From: an archaeon
GTDB lineage: Archaea > Nanobdellota > Nanobdellia > Woesearchaeales > SM23-78
Reading direction: 5' to 3'
Length of the DNA stretch: 64,000 nucleotides
Assembly (NCBI GenBank): GCA_043801165.1
Contig: JAZDMG010000028.1
Location: forward strand, 10,988-74,987
The first letter of the stretch is position 1, and every line of letters starts with the position of its first letter. The notes under the pieces are model-generated. The model searched no databases and was not told where the DNA came from. It saw only the letters and a program-made list of their open reading frames with translations. Of the stretch, positions 24,966 to 34,713 are shown piece by piece. The position numbers and the translations under genes are program-made.

Positions 24966-27900
24966 GGCGTATCAAACAGGCCCCAGCCATAGCTCCCAGA
25001 ATACGCCCCTGCGCTAAGCCCAGTGTAAGGTGTGATGAACAATGAGACGTTCCCTGCGTATATCTGGCTGTACATATTATACTGAGGCATCTCTGAAGCT
25101 GAAAATAATGACATGTTGAATGTCTGGGCGTTGGCGTATGTGAAGCTGTTGCTTATGTTCAGTCTTGCAGTATCGTTGCCTATCTTGGCATAGCTTATGT
25201 CATAGATGTTCACGCCGCTTGTCAAGTTCATGAAGAACCTAATGAAAGGATAGCCCTTGCTCATCATGGTGAATGTGAATATGATTTCGCTCCCACCGAT
25301 GGTCCCGGTCGCGTAGGCAGCCCCGACTATTGTCGGCACTATAGCAGGCACTGAAGATATCTGGGTTGTGTTAGTGTAGTTGTGGTTGTAAATATCATAG
25401 CAAAGAGCAGATAAGTTCCAGGTGCCCATTGGCAGGTAAAGCCCCTGGCAGAGTGTCGAGAAGCTCAAGGTAGAGTTGAAGCTCCCGTTCAACCATCGCA
25501 TGGAAGCGTTGTCAGACTTTTCAATCCTGTAGGTGCAGTTGCTGAAGTTCAGGTCGTATGCCAAGCCGCTCGCAGTGAAGTTCTGCGCAGAGACGAATGC
25601 GGTGGCGCTGAGTGAGACAGCTGGATACTCACAGGCTACGCTTGCGCCTGATGCAAAAGTATCGTTCAGGAGAGGGCAAAAGTCTACTGCATAGCCTGCA
25701 GGAGTAGCGTCCTCGTCATCCTGGATGCTGGCGTTGTCGATGAAATATGCCCAAGTGCTCCCCCAGTAGTTGTTCTCAGCTGTTATGTTGATGTCCTGAG
25801 AGTTGATCAGATCATAGTTGGTGTTATCATAAATGTCATTGTAGGATATGTTGTTGGTTGTTGAGGAACCTTGCAATATCAAGCCGTCCGCGTTAAACTT
25901 TATGCTGTTATTCACAATGGTGCTTCCATTGCTATTGAAGAAAGACAGCCCGTACTGGCTGCCGCCATGCACGATATTGTTCGATATGCGGCAGTTATAG
26001 GTTGAAACTAAATTGAAGCCATAACTGTTGAGGGATAGGTTGTTATTCCTTATAGAGCAGTTGTCTGCATACTGCAGGATAACTCCGTCAGCACTCGCAT
26101 TGAAGAACGAATCCTCAATAGTTGCGTTGAATGAACGATAAACATAGACCGCGAAGCCAGTCCATATGAAGCTGTTGTTCCTTATGGCGGTGTTGTTCGA
26201 GTCGGTAAGATATATTCCGCCCATTGAGTTCAAGCTGAAGTTATTTGATGCATTGATGACATTGTTTTCGGACAAGTTCAAGAACATGCCGTAATAAGCA
26301 CTGGAGCGGATGATGTTGCCTGAGAAGGTGTTTGAGTCAGAATCCACCAAATAGACGCTGTTGTTGTCAGTGTTATTAATTATGCATCTAGAGATAGTGT
26401 TGCTGTTTGATTGCATCATATCAATCCCGACATCAGGCCCGCCAGTTACGCTTACATTGTATATTGTTGAACCAGATGCGTTGCAGAGGCGTATTCCTCT
26501 GCCCCAATTAGTGTCTATTCCTGAAACGGTAAAATCAGATAGGGTTATGTTGCTAGAATTGAGTATCCCTATGAACGCAACATCTGCTGAGAATGACTTG
26601 TCGTGGTCATTCATATATGTGACTATGGGCATCCCGCCCATGATATTTCCAATTCCTGAGAAATTCTGCATACAATCCAACAGATTAAGGACCACCCAAT
26701 CAAGCTTGCCATCAGATAAATTATTGCCGACAAAATTATTGTATGTCGAGTCCGCTATGTAGATCCCGCTGGTGTTCATGAAAAGGTTATTTGCAAAAAA
26801 GCTTCGGCTGACGTTTAGCATAAACAACCCGCTTGCGGAAGAGTTGGTGGTGTTGGTCGCGTTGACAGTAATATTAGCTGAATCCCTCAAGAATATGCTG
26901 TGGCCGCTGGAAGTTCCATTCACGCTTGATGAACTGATAAAATTGTCTCTTGCGAACCAAAGATAAAACCCATAACCATCGATGCCGATAATGTTCTGTC
27001 CTTTGAAAACATTGCTGTTTCCATTGAAAACATACAGTCCTCCAACGCTGTTCTGAAGAATGTTGTTGTTGAAGCTGCTAGAGTTGGTATTATTCAGGTA
27101 AATTCCCCGCGCAAGGCTTGATGATATGTTTGTGCCATTCACTGTTATTGAAACCGACTCTGAAAGTCGAATTCCATCAGAACCAGAGACATTCACTGCC
27201 GAATTCAAAATGTTGTTAGAACGGGAAGATACGATATATATCCCTTCTTCTTCCGAATCAAAGATACTGCTTTCTGCGATACTGTTGTTATGCCCACCCC
27301 CAACATATATTCCTTTGAACATCGATTCGTACACTATGTTGTTGTTGAAACTCGTGTAATTCGAGGAATTGAATACGACACCGATGTTACTGAATGATAT
27401 GTTCGTGTCATTGATCGTGTTTCCTGCAGAAGTCTCAATTACCAGTCCGTGAGATGTGACATAGTCCCGCCCGCTGTCATTGATGTAAGCACGCAGAACA
27501 TTGTTGTTATTTGACCCTGAAAAGAGGTGGAAGCCGTGGCTCCCTGAGCGCAGAACCTTGCAGTCACTGAAATTATTGCCATCGCTGCCGACTATGAAGA
27601 ACCCTCTCAATGTCGAATTGGTCATTATATCATTTGAAAAAGTGCTTGTGTCAGCCCCGTTCAGGTAAACTGCGTTGTTGGCCGAGTCAGTCACATTGGT
27701 ATTATTCACTATGTTGTTCGCTGAGTTGACTATTTCTATGCCGTTTGTGAGGCTGCTGTTTATGAGACTACTATCAATAACATTGTTATCTGAACCGGTT
27801 CCGATAAAGAAGCCACGCGTTCCGGAAGAGTATACCTTAACTGCTGAAAAGAAGTTATTGTCGCTGTCCGAGGTAAGATAAAAACCGGCATACGAATCAT

Positions 27901-28519
27901 TTGTGATTATATTATTGAATTCGCTGCCGTCACAATTACTTAAGGAAATCCCTTCCATATCAAAATTGCTTACATTAACATTATTAACTTGCACATCACG
28001 AACGTCAGATAATATAATCCCCTCTCCTAATCCACCACTAGCGAAGCTATCATTAATGGTGACATTAGTTGAGTTATAAACAGAATAAGCAACCATATAA
28101 TTTATTATGCCACATCTTTTAATCGTGACATTATCACTAGAATTAGTATATATCCCCTGGCTGCCAGGAGCATATACAATCTGATTGAAAACAGAATTAT
28201 CGCAGTCAAGTATTATATCATCCTTGAGAATGAAGATGGTGCCGTTTCCACCAACATCGGTTATATTAAAATTAGCTGTCTGGTTTAAAGTATAGACTCC
28301 GCTCTGGTTGATTATTATCGTATTATCAGTGCTGTTGCTGTTTACCAGAGCAGACGTGAAGTTAGAAGCATTATAGGGGCAGACCAGAGGTGAATTGCAC
28401 ACGTAGATGTCAGCTGCGCTCGCAAGGCTCATCGCCATAAGAACAAAAACGACAACAACTAGCGAGAGCGTAGCCCTCTTGGAATAACCCACCTCAACCA
28501 TCCTGATTACAACCACCAC
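24962..28519 (-). CDS. Giant (1185 aa) secreted protein made of right-handed parallel beta-helix (PbH1/NosD-like) repeats, very rich in N-x-S/T sequons. Candidate S-layer or adhesin protein
   Basis: An N-terminal signal/TM MVVVIRMVEV...LVVVVFVLMAMSLASA is present. Dozens of repeats with NN.I....GI.L..S.NN.I.NN.I periodicity are present. The composition is N/S/T/G-dominated. Confidence 0.55.
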   Translation of the reverse strand: MVVVIRMVEVGYSKRATLSLVVVVFVLMAMSLASAADIYVCNSPLVCPYNASNFTSALVNSNSTDNTIIINQSGVYTLNQTANFNITDVGGNGTIFILKDDIILDCDNSVFNQIVYAPGSQGIYTNSSDNVTIKRCGIINYMVAYSVYNSTNVTINDSFASGGLGEGIILSDVRDVQVNNVNVSNFDMEGISLSNCDGSEFNNIITNDSYAGFYLTSDSDNNFFSAVKVYSSGTRGFFIGTGSDNNVIDSSLINSSLTNGIEIVNSANNIVNNTNVTDSANNAVYLNGADTSTFSNDIMTNSTLRGFFIVGSDGNNFSDCKVLRSGSHGFHLFSGSNNNNVLRAYINDSGRDYVTSHGLVIETSAGNTINDTNISFSNIGVVFNSSNYTSFNNNIVYESMFKGIYVGGGHNNSIAESSIFDSEEEGIYIVSSRSNNILNSAVNVSGSDGIRLSESVSITVNGTNISSSLARGIYLNNTNSSSFNNNILQNSVGGLYVFNGNSNVFKGQNIIGIDGYGFYLWFARDNFISSSSVNGTSSGHSIFLRDSANITVNATNTTNSSASGLFMLNVSRSFFANNLFMNTSGIYIADSTYNNFVGNNLSDGKLDWVVLNLLDCMQNFSGIGNIMGGMPIVTYMNDHDKSFSADVAFIGILNSSNITLSDFTVSGIDTNWGRGIRLCNASGSTIYNVSVTGGPDVGIDMMQSNSNTISRCIINNTDNNSVYLVDSDSNTFSGNIIRSSAYYGMFLNLSENNVINASNNFSLNSMGGIYLTDSNNTAIRNNSFIWTGFAVYVYRSFNATIEDSFFNASADGVILQYADNCSIRNNNLSLNSYGFNLVSTYNCRISNNIVHGGSQYGLSFFNSNGSTIVNNSIKFNADGLILQGSSTTNNISYNDIYDNTNYDLINSQDINITAENNYWGSTWAYFIDNASIQDDEDATPAGYAVDFCPLLNDTFASGASVACEYPAVSLSATAFVSAQNFTASGLAYDLNFSNCTYRIEKSDNASMRWLNGSFNSTLSFSTLCQGLYLPMGTWNLSALCYDIYNHNYTNTTQISSVPAIVPTIVGAAYATGTIGGSEIIFTFTMMSKGYPFIRFFMNLTSGVNIYDISYAKIGNDTARLNISNSFTYANAQTFNMSLFSASEMPQYNMYSQIYAGNVSLFITPYTGLSAGAYSGSYGWGLFDTP

Positions 28520-28646
28520 CTATGAGAGCATTTCAATCGTCATACTATTTAAACTTTTCGACAGACTCGCGTCTGCGCTTTTTTCGTAAATTATTTAAAT
28601 GATGCAGTCAATCAGAACGTTATAAAAAGGAGGGAGGCGTTTCTTT

Positions 28647-29684
28647 ATGGCTGATGATGCGAATCTATCTGATGACATCAGCAAGTTCGATCCTGAGAAC
28701 CTCAGGCAGGACATCCTTCAGCTTCCGCTCCAGGCAGAGCAGGGATACAAGCTTGTCGAAGCCCTGGATCTTAATGCCGTAAAGGGAACCTATTCAAGCG
28801 TCATAATATCAGGGATGGGCGGCTCTGCGATCGCAGGCCTTGTCCTGCAGAGCTACCTAGCAGATGATAGCATCAAGCTGTTTGTCAATCAGGATTACAT
28901 CCTTCCGAAATGGGCTGACAAGAGCACATTGGTCATAGTCAGCTCCTATTCAGGCAACACAGAGGAGGCCATAAGCGTCTTCAAGGAGGCCAGGAGAAAG
29001 GAGTGCGGCCTGATTGTTGTGAGCATCGGCGGAAAGCTTGAGGAATACGCCAAGATACCGCGCCTGCCAGTGGTAATTTTGCCATCAGGCTATCCCCCGC
29101 GGACCGCGATGGGCATCATGTTCTTCGCCATGCTGAGGCTGCTTGAGCGCCTCAGGCTTGTTGAGAGCAAGGCAAGGGAAGTCCTCAGGATCAGGGAAGA
29201 GCTCAAGGGCCAGCTGCCGATGCTTGAGAGGAACGCCATCGCGCTTTCAGAGAAGTTCGTCAACAGGATCCCACTCATATACACAAGCACGCGGTTCAAG
29301 CCAATAGGGTATAGGTGGAAATGCGATTTCAATGAGAACTCAAAGCGTCTGGCATTCAACAATGTCTTCTCTGAGATGAACCATAACGAAGGCGAGGCAT
29401 TTGAGAACATAATCGGCAACTTCCATGCGATTATCCTGAGGTTCGAAGAGGACAATAGGAGGATTCAGCAAAGGATGAATCTCACCAAAGACATCATCCT
29501 GAAGAAAGGAGTGCCTGTCACAGACATAGGAGTAAGAGGCCCTTCAATGTTGAGCAAGATATTCTCAGCCATAATGCTTGGAGACCTGACATCATACTAC
29601 CTTGCCATAAGATTGAAGACTAATCCGAACCGTTATAATTTCATCGAAGATTTCAAGAAAAGCCTCGGTCCCTATGTCGGCTGA
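28647..29684 (+). CDS. Bifunctional phosphoglucose/phosphomannose isomerase (archaeal SIS-domain PGI/PMI)
   Basis: The SIS motifs VIISGMGGSAIAG and VIVSSYSGNTEE are present. The length is about 345 aa. A GGAGG ribosome-binding site is present. Confidence 0.65.
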   Translation: MADDANLSDDISKFDPENLRQDILQLPLQAEQGYKLVEALDLNAVKGTYSSVIISGMGGSAIAGLVLQSYLADDSIKLFVNQDYILPKWADKSTLVIVSSYSGNTEEAISVFKEARRKECGLIVVSIGGKLEEYAKIPRLPVVILPSGYPPRTAMGIMFFAMLRLLERLRLVESKAREVLRIREELKGQLPMLERNAIALSEKFVNRIPLIYTSTRFKPIGYRWKCDFNENSKRLAFNNVFSEMNHNEGEAFENIIGNFHAIILRFEEDNRRIQQRMNLTKDIILKKGVPVTDIGVRGPSMLSKIFSAIMLGDLTSYYLAIRLKTNPNRYNFIEDFKKSLGPYVG

Positions 29685-29805
29685 GCAGAGCTTCTCATCA
29701 AAGGATAAGCAAAAGCTTTATATACTTGTAAATAAAACAGGAACTTAAAAATTATAATCGACAAGAAAACCCGGTTCAACAGCCGGACAAAGGAGGGGAC
29801 TCAGA

Positions 29806-30231
29806 ATGAAGTTTTTTTCACTGAAAAGATTCAAGACAAAGAATTATGATGAGGATGATAATCTACAGGCTGAGGATGAATATGTTGAGCTTAACTCAGA
29901 GGCAGAGCATACCAAGGGCACAAAAATCATTGTCAGGCCTTTTGTTATGAACGACTTCTCAGACATCAAGCCGATCCTCGACACCCTGAGAGAAGGCAAC
30001 ACCATTGTCCTTGTAAACATCAAGCCTCTCAAGGAGAAGGACCTGGTTGAGCTCAAGAGAGCAGTCAACAAGCTCAAGAAGACCTGCGATGCCATCGAAG
30101 GCGACATAGCTGGCTTCGGTGACGACTACATCGTCATCACACCAAGCTTCGCCCAGATCTACAGATCAAAGGGCATGGGCAATCCGATCAAGGAGAACCT
30201 AGGCAGCGGAGAAGAGTTCGAAGCCGAATAA
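29806..30231 (+). CDS. sepF: Cell division protein SepF homologue
   Basis: A C-terminal SepF/DUF552 core is present: IVRPFVMNDFSDIKPILDTLREGNTIVLVNIKPL...AVNKLKKTCDAIEGDIAGFGDDYIVITPSFAQI. Confidence 0.7.
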   Translation: MKFFSLKRFKTKNYDEDDNLQAEDEYVELNSEAEHTKGTKIIVRPFVMNDFSDIKPILDTLREGNTIVLVNIKPLKEKDLVELKRAVNKLKKTCDAIEGDIAGFGDDYIVITPSFAQIYRSKGMGNPIKENLGSGEEFEAE

Positions 30232-30430
30232 AATCTTTTAATTATTATATTTCTATTCTTATCTTTTGTTTATTCCATCACTGCTTGGCATCAATAGCTT
30301 TGCAAGAACAAGATTCTCGACGGTTCCAAATCATCGTTTTAAAAATATATCTGTGAAGCAAAACAAGCATCGCTGATTAGTATTTTGCAAAACAACAAAG
30401 TATAAAAAGCAATGAACCAAGAAACAGTTT

Positions 30431-31018
30431 ATGCCGAAGAAGAAAGAGTCTCGAGAAGAAAAAAAGAAACCAACAAAAGATACCGAGGAGAAAGGCAGCG
30501 ATGCGCCAGCCATGATTAGCGGAGAGCCATGTCCCTTCTGCCATCAGAAGACACTGACATTGATGGAAGCAGAGGTTGACGTCCCATACTTCGGCAAGAC
30601 ATACATATTCTCAATGGACTGTTCCAACTGCAAATACCATAAGGCTGATGTCGAGTCAGCTGATGAGAACCGCGAGCCTGTGAAATTCACCCTCGAGATA
30701 AGCTCAGAAGAAGATATGAAGATAAGGATCATCAAGTCATCAAACGCAATGATAAAGATACCGCACATCGGCAACATAGAGCCTGGCGAAGCCTCAAACG
30801 GATATATCACCAATGTGGAAGGCATACTGCAGAGGATGAAGAAGCAGATCGAGACCCTCAGGGACGACGCAGAGGAAGAAGATAAGAAGAAAGCAAAGAA
30901 CATGCTCAAGAAGCTCATGCGGGTCATGTGGGGCCAGGAAAAGCTCAAGATGATACTGGAAGACCCGACAGGCAACTCAGCCATAATCTCTGACAAGGTA
31001 GTCAAGAGCAAGCTGTGA
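30431..31018 (+). CDS. ZPR1-type zinc-finger protein (archaeal ZPR1 homologue)
   Basis: The motifs CPFCH...CSNCKYH are followed by an A-domain beta-sandwich (FTLEISSEEDMKIRIIKSSNAMIKIP...EPGEASNGYITNVEGIL). Confidence 0.55.
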   Translation: MPKKKESREEKKKPTKDTEEKGSDAPAMISGEPCPFCHQKTLTLMEAEVDVPYFGKTYIFSMDCSNCKYHKADVESADENREPVKFTLEISSEEDMKIRIIKSSNAMIKIPHIGNIEPGEASNGYITNVEGILQRMKKQIETLRDDAEEEDKKKAKNMLKKLMRVMWGQEKLKMILEDPTGNSAIISDKVVKSKL

Positions 31019-31037
31019 GCTCATAACAAAGCTATTG

Positions 31038-31559
31038 TCAAAGATATACCTTGAACTTCTCAGATATGCGCTTTCTAAGGCCCATCAAGAAATCATAGTA
31101 GCCCTGGCGCAGATCAACCTGTCTTCCCTGGTCTTGCTGCTGCCTGGGAACATCATAAGCGGCTGAGCCCATGATTGTCGCGATGTCATCAAGCGGTATC
31201 TTTTTGGAACTGAAATACATCAAGGCATCATATACAAAATTCATGGTGAATATCTCACCCTCGCCCAAAATCCTTAGGTTTGTGTTACCCAACAACTCAT
31301 CTTTTGGTTCATGATGCGATCTCACCAATGGACATATGGAATCTCGCATCAATTTCTCGAGTCCGGAATGTATGGCGTTAGCCTCAAGTTTCTTGAAATA
31401 ATTTGATCTGTTAGTGCCTTGGTTGTAAACGTCCTTATTCCTGTCCTTGTTGTTGACTACTGCGATCATTATCGCATATCCTACTATGGTCTCAGGAACA
31501 TTTCTTGATTTCGCAAAATTCAATAAATCAGTAAGCGTTTTTGTCATTTTCACTCTCAC
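31038..31559 (-). CDS. Hypothetical protein. Its start overlaps the PhoH2 stop by 4 nt, so it is likely co-transcribed
   Basis: A 173-aa ORF. I recognised no family. Confidence 0.4.
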   Translation of the reverse strand: MRVKMTKTLTDLLNFAKSRNVPETIVGYAIMIAVVNNKDRNKDVYNQGTNRSNYFKKLEANAIHSGLEKLMRDSICPLVRSHHEPKDELLGNTNLRILGEGEIFTMNFVYDALMYFSSKKIPLDDIATIMGSAAYDVPRQQQDQGRQVDLRQGYYDFLMGLRKRISEKFKVYL

Positions 31560-33322
31560 AGGTCATTTGCTAGCTTGGCAACTACCGATCTCTTTACAAC
31601 ATCTCTTGGAAGCCTTACATGGCCGTATACTTCTCTTCCAGGAAGCCTGTCAATCAGATGTGCAAGGCCTGAATTCCTCTCAGTTATGTAGCTGAAATCT
31701 CTCTTACTCCTAGAGGTGGCTACCTGAGCCAAGTCACCTAGGAACACAAGTTTTGAGCCTTCGCCGCACCTACCGACGCAGAGCCTCACAAGATCCCGGG
31801 TAAGCAGCTGAGTCTCGTCTATTATCACAAACTGGTTACGCCAGGTATTGCCAGCTTCATAGGTTATGGGAAAGTATTCTATCAGGTCGCCTTCGAACAT
31901 ATGTATCATCTGTATCGCTTTCTCTCTATAGACTCGGCCCAGGGCTCTGTCATAGACGCAGAACATCTCCTTGAAATTGCTTATCGCTGGCTGGATGAGA
32001 GGGTTCATCTTTTCCCTCAAGTCTCCCTTGAGGAAGCCTAATCCTTCGTCTGCGGTGACCACTGGCTTGATGTACTTTATTGAGTCGTATTTGCCTCTCA
32101 TCACCTCTAAAAGACCAAGCAGCAGAGCAAAATATGTCTTGCCTGTCCCGGCCGAACCATCAACAGTCATCACCTCAACCTTCCTGTCCATCAGAAGAGC
32201 AATGTAGGGTATCTGCTCAGCAATCGGCATTATGAGATTGTTGATCTTGAGATCAATCCTCAGTTTCTCCAGGTCGTCAAAGACATCTCTTTTATCGCTG
32301 TCAGACAAATCATGCTGCGACTTCCTTCGATTATCACGCTTCTTACTGGTCCTATTCTCACGGTCGGCGGCAGCTTGACCTTTGAAAAGCGTTCTTTCAA
32401 GCTCTTCCTTACGACAGTAAGCCATGAACTCCATTACCGATGGCTGCGAATTATGCTCTGATAATCTCTTACTCAAGAATCCATACGATGTTACAGGCCT
32501 GAAATTGAATTCGCTCGCCCCACGCCCCTTAAGAATGTAATAAACAGCATTATTTTCTTGTCCTTCATTTGCGAAGCACAACACCTGGTTTGGTTTAGGT
32601 TTCATCCCAACCAATTCAGTTACCTCATCAACAGCTAAGGTGAACTCTATCTGTTTGGCAACCCGAGCTCCTATCTGACCTTGAGGAACAGGATGGTATG
32701 TTATCCCTTTGTAAAGCTGATGCGAATCCCTGACATTCTCGAATTCAAAATCTTGGGTCTCGATGCCCTTCAGCCTTGCTTGTGTCCTAGCGTTTCTGTC
32801 TGCGCTAACAAATATCACCTGGTCACGTGGCCTTCTCCTTATCAGAGACATCACTTGGAAGATGATTCTGTCGTCATTATTTGCGAAAGGAATGCCTTTT
32901 GTCATGAAATCGGCTTCGTTGTGCTCAGAGAAGAAAACATCCGCTTTATTTTGTAGGTTAATGCGCGAGTTGAGCCTTCCATAACGGTCTTTAGGCCCTG
33001 TCCTGCGCCAGCCCCAATTGCTTCCGACAGTAACAGGCATGTCAGTAGTCATATCCTCCAGATGAGATAATGCTCTCCTGGCAAGCACTGCCTTATACTC
33101 ATAGTTAAGCTCAGAAGTCTTGCTTAGATGGTCGAGCTCTCTCTGGACAATATCGCAAAGCACCACATCGTTTGGCCTTTGGTCCCACTGCAGCCCCTTA
33201 TGCTCCAACGTCTCAAGAAAAGCTTTTTGCGCCTTGTCATCAGGTATCTCAGATCCAGTAAGTATGTGCAAAGCATCAGGATTAAGCATCAATACGTTTG
33301 TGTCAGGAACATATACTTTCAT
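31556..33322 (-). CDS. PhoH2-type protein: N-terminal PIN domain + inserted domain of about 200 aa + C-terminal PhoH-like P-loop ATPase
   Basis: The PIN reads YVPDTNVLM...DDRII. The Walker A reads VDGSAGTGKTYFAL. The Walker B/DExx reads VIIDETQ. The 588 aa length exceeds typical PhoH2. Confidence 0.65.
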   Translation of the reverse strand: MKVYVPDTNVLMLNPDALHILTGSEIPDDKAQKAFLETLEHKGLQWDQRPNDVVLCDIVQRELDHLSKTSELNYEYKAVLARRALSHLEDMTTDMPVTVGSNWGWRRTGPKDRYGRLNSRINLQNKADVFFSEHNEADFMTKGIPFANNDDRIIFQVMSLIRRRPRDQVIFVSADRNARTQARLKGIETQDFEFENVRDSHQLYKGITYHPVPQGQIGARVAKQIEFTLAVDEVTELVGMKPKPNQVLCFANEGQENNAVYYILKGRGASEFNFRPVTSYGFLSKRLSEHNSQPSVMEFMAYCRKEELERTLFKGQAAADRENRTSKKRDNRRKSQHDLSDSDKRDVFDDLEKLRIDLKINNLIMPIAEQIPYIALLMDRKVEVMTVDGSAGTGKTYFALLLGLLEVMRGKYDSIKYIKPVVTADEGLGFLKGDLREKMNPLIQPAISNFKEMFCVYDRALGRVYREKAIQMIHMFEGDLIEYFPITYEAGNTWRNQFVIIDETQLLTRDLVRLCVGRCGEGSKLVFLGDLAQVATSRSKRDFSYITERNSGLAHLIDRLPGREVYGHVRLPRDVVKRSVVAKLANDL

Positions 33323-33440
33323 CCTAGTTACCCCTTAATAACTTTGTTAGGTATGATCTATTTATAATCATTTCGAAATGTATCCATTACCAAATGGTTA
33401 ATTTATTCTTGATATGTTGCGTAATATTTAAATACTAAGT

Positions 33441-33644
33441 ATGCCAGTATACCTTTTGCAACAACAAAAATATACTTGTAACGGTGATATGAGCATGTGT
33501 GAACATAATCTTAATGGTATCTGTTTCGATCCTGCAAGAAAGACAAAAGGGTTGGTGGCGACCAAATGCGACCTATGCCCGAAGCAGAATTTTGTCGAAG
33601 CGCCTGATCCTGAGAAGGAATACATACACCCGGTCTTCAGATAG
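33441..33644 (+). CDS. Small Cys-rich hypothetical protein
   Basis: A 67-aa ORF with the Cys pattern C..M.C......C......C.LC. Weak support. Confidence 0.25.
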   Translation: MPVYLLQQQKYTCNGDMSMCEHNLNGICFDPARKTKGLVATKCDLCPKQNFVEAPDPEKEYIHPVFR

Positions 33645-33661
33645 GCGATGCTAAAGCCAAA

Positions 33662-34402
33662 CTAATTGAGCCTGCTCATCTTTCCTATCTTGCCGAAGGC
33701 ATAGGTCTTGTCAGCAACGACAAAAGCCTCAAAGTCATCTAAGTTCTTTAGGAAAGGGCTGAGAAGCTTTTCCTGCAGCACATCAGTGCCTTCTGTGACG
33801 AAATTGAAGCTCGGCACCACTATGAGGTTCTTGCGCCCATATTTACCGCGAAGAAAGCACTTATATCTCTCGATGCGAGCAGAATCCCTGATGCCGATGG
33901 CTGGATGCTCATGGCCGATGATCATTGTCTTTGCCTTCTTGAACACAGCACTCTTTACAGGCATCAGCTTATCACCGTGGCACAACAGCACATCGCCAAT
34001 AGATAAGCTCTCTCTAAGCTCAACCTCTTTCCTGCGGGCAATAGGGCCCAGGATCTTGTCATGGTTGCCTTTCAGGATTACCACCCGCGTCTTTGCTGTC
34101 AGATAATCAAGCAAGGAAAGAGCATCCTTCCATTCCTGCCTTGAGATTGTCCCAAACTCATGCTTGACATCACCAAGCAGGACAATGAGCTCCGGCTTCA
34201 CCTCGCGCATAATCTTCTCAAGGTTCTGCATCATCTCCTTGAAATAGACTCTGGGCACAAGAAGGCCGCCCCTGTTAAGAGCCTCTTCATAGCCTATGTG
34301 CAAATCCCCGACCACAAGAGTTCTCTCTTTCTCAAGAAACAAAGCTAACCCGACAATCCTAATATTGGGCAGAATATACATTATAGTAAGTGACTGCGGC
34401 AA
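33662..34402 (-). CDS. Calcineurin-like metallophosphoesterase. The likely start is ATG 34381
   Basis: The motifs VVGDLHIG, LLGDVKHEF, GNHD and GHEH are present. Confidence 0.65.
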   Translation of the reverse strand: MPQSLTIMYILPNIRIVGLALFLEKERTLVVGDLHIGYEEALNRGGLLVPRVYFKEMMQNLEKIMREVKPELIVLLGDVKHEFGTISRQEWKDALSLLDYLTAKTRVVILKGNHDKILGPIARRKEVELRESLSIGDVLLCHGDKLMPVKSAVFKKAKTMIIGHEHPAIGIRDSARIERYKCFLRGKYGRKNLIVVPSFNFVTEGTDVLQEKLLSPFLKNLDDFEAFVVADKTYAFGKIGKMSRLN

Positions 34403-34414
34403 GATTTAAAAACA

Positions 34415-34636
34415 TTATTGATTCATGACGCCGATGCAGACCTTCCTGTTGGCGCCGCAGCCAGGGCAGACATAAACCTGAAACTTGCTGTTGCTCATCA
34501 TGAGAGTGCCCTTCTTCTGCATCGTCTTCTTGCACTTCTCGCAAACCACGTTGTCCTTGTCCATTTCAATTCCTCCCTGATGGCTTTCTAGGCTAAACTT
34601 ATATTTAAAGTTAATGCAGTGCTGCTCACAAACCAA
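34415..34636 (-). CDS. Small zinc-ribbon protein. The likely start is ATG 34564, giving 49 aa (MDKDNVVCEKC...CPGC)
   Basis: A Cys4 ribbon with two CxxC pairs about 25 aa apart. Confidence 0.4.
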   Translation of the reverse strand: MVCEQHCINFKYKFSLESHQGGIEMDKDNVVCEKCKKTMQKKGTLMMSNSKFQVYVCPGCGANRKVCIGVMNQ

Positions 34637-34713
34637 GCCCGGGGTTATCTCTCTGGAGTGATGATAATATTTATAAACAATCCCTTCCTCCCTTTGGATA
34701 CAAGGAACACAAC

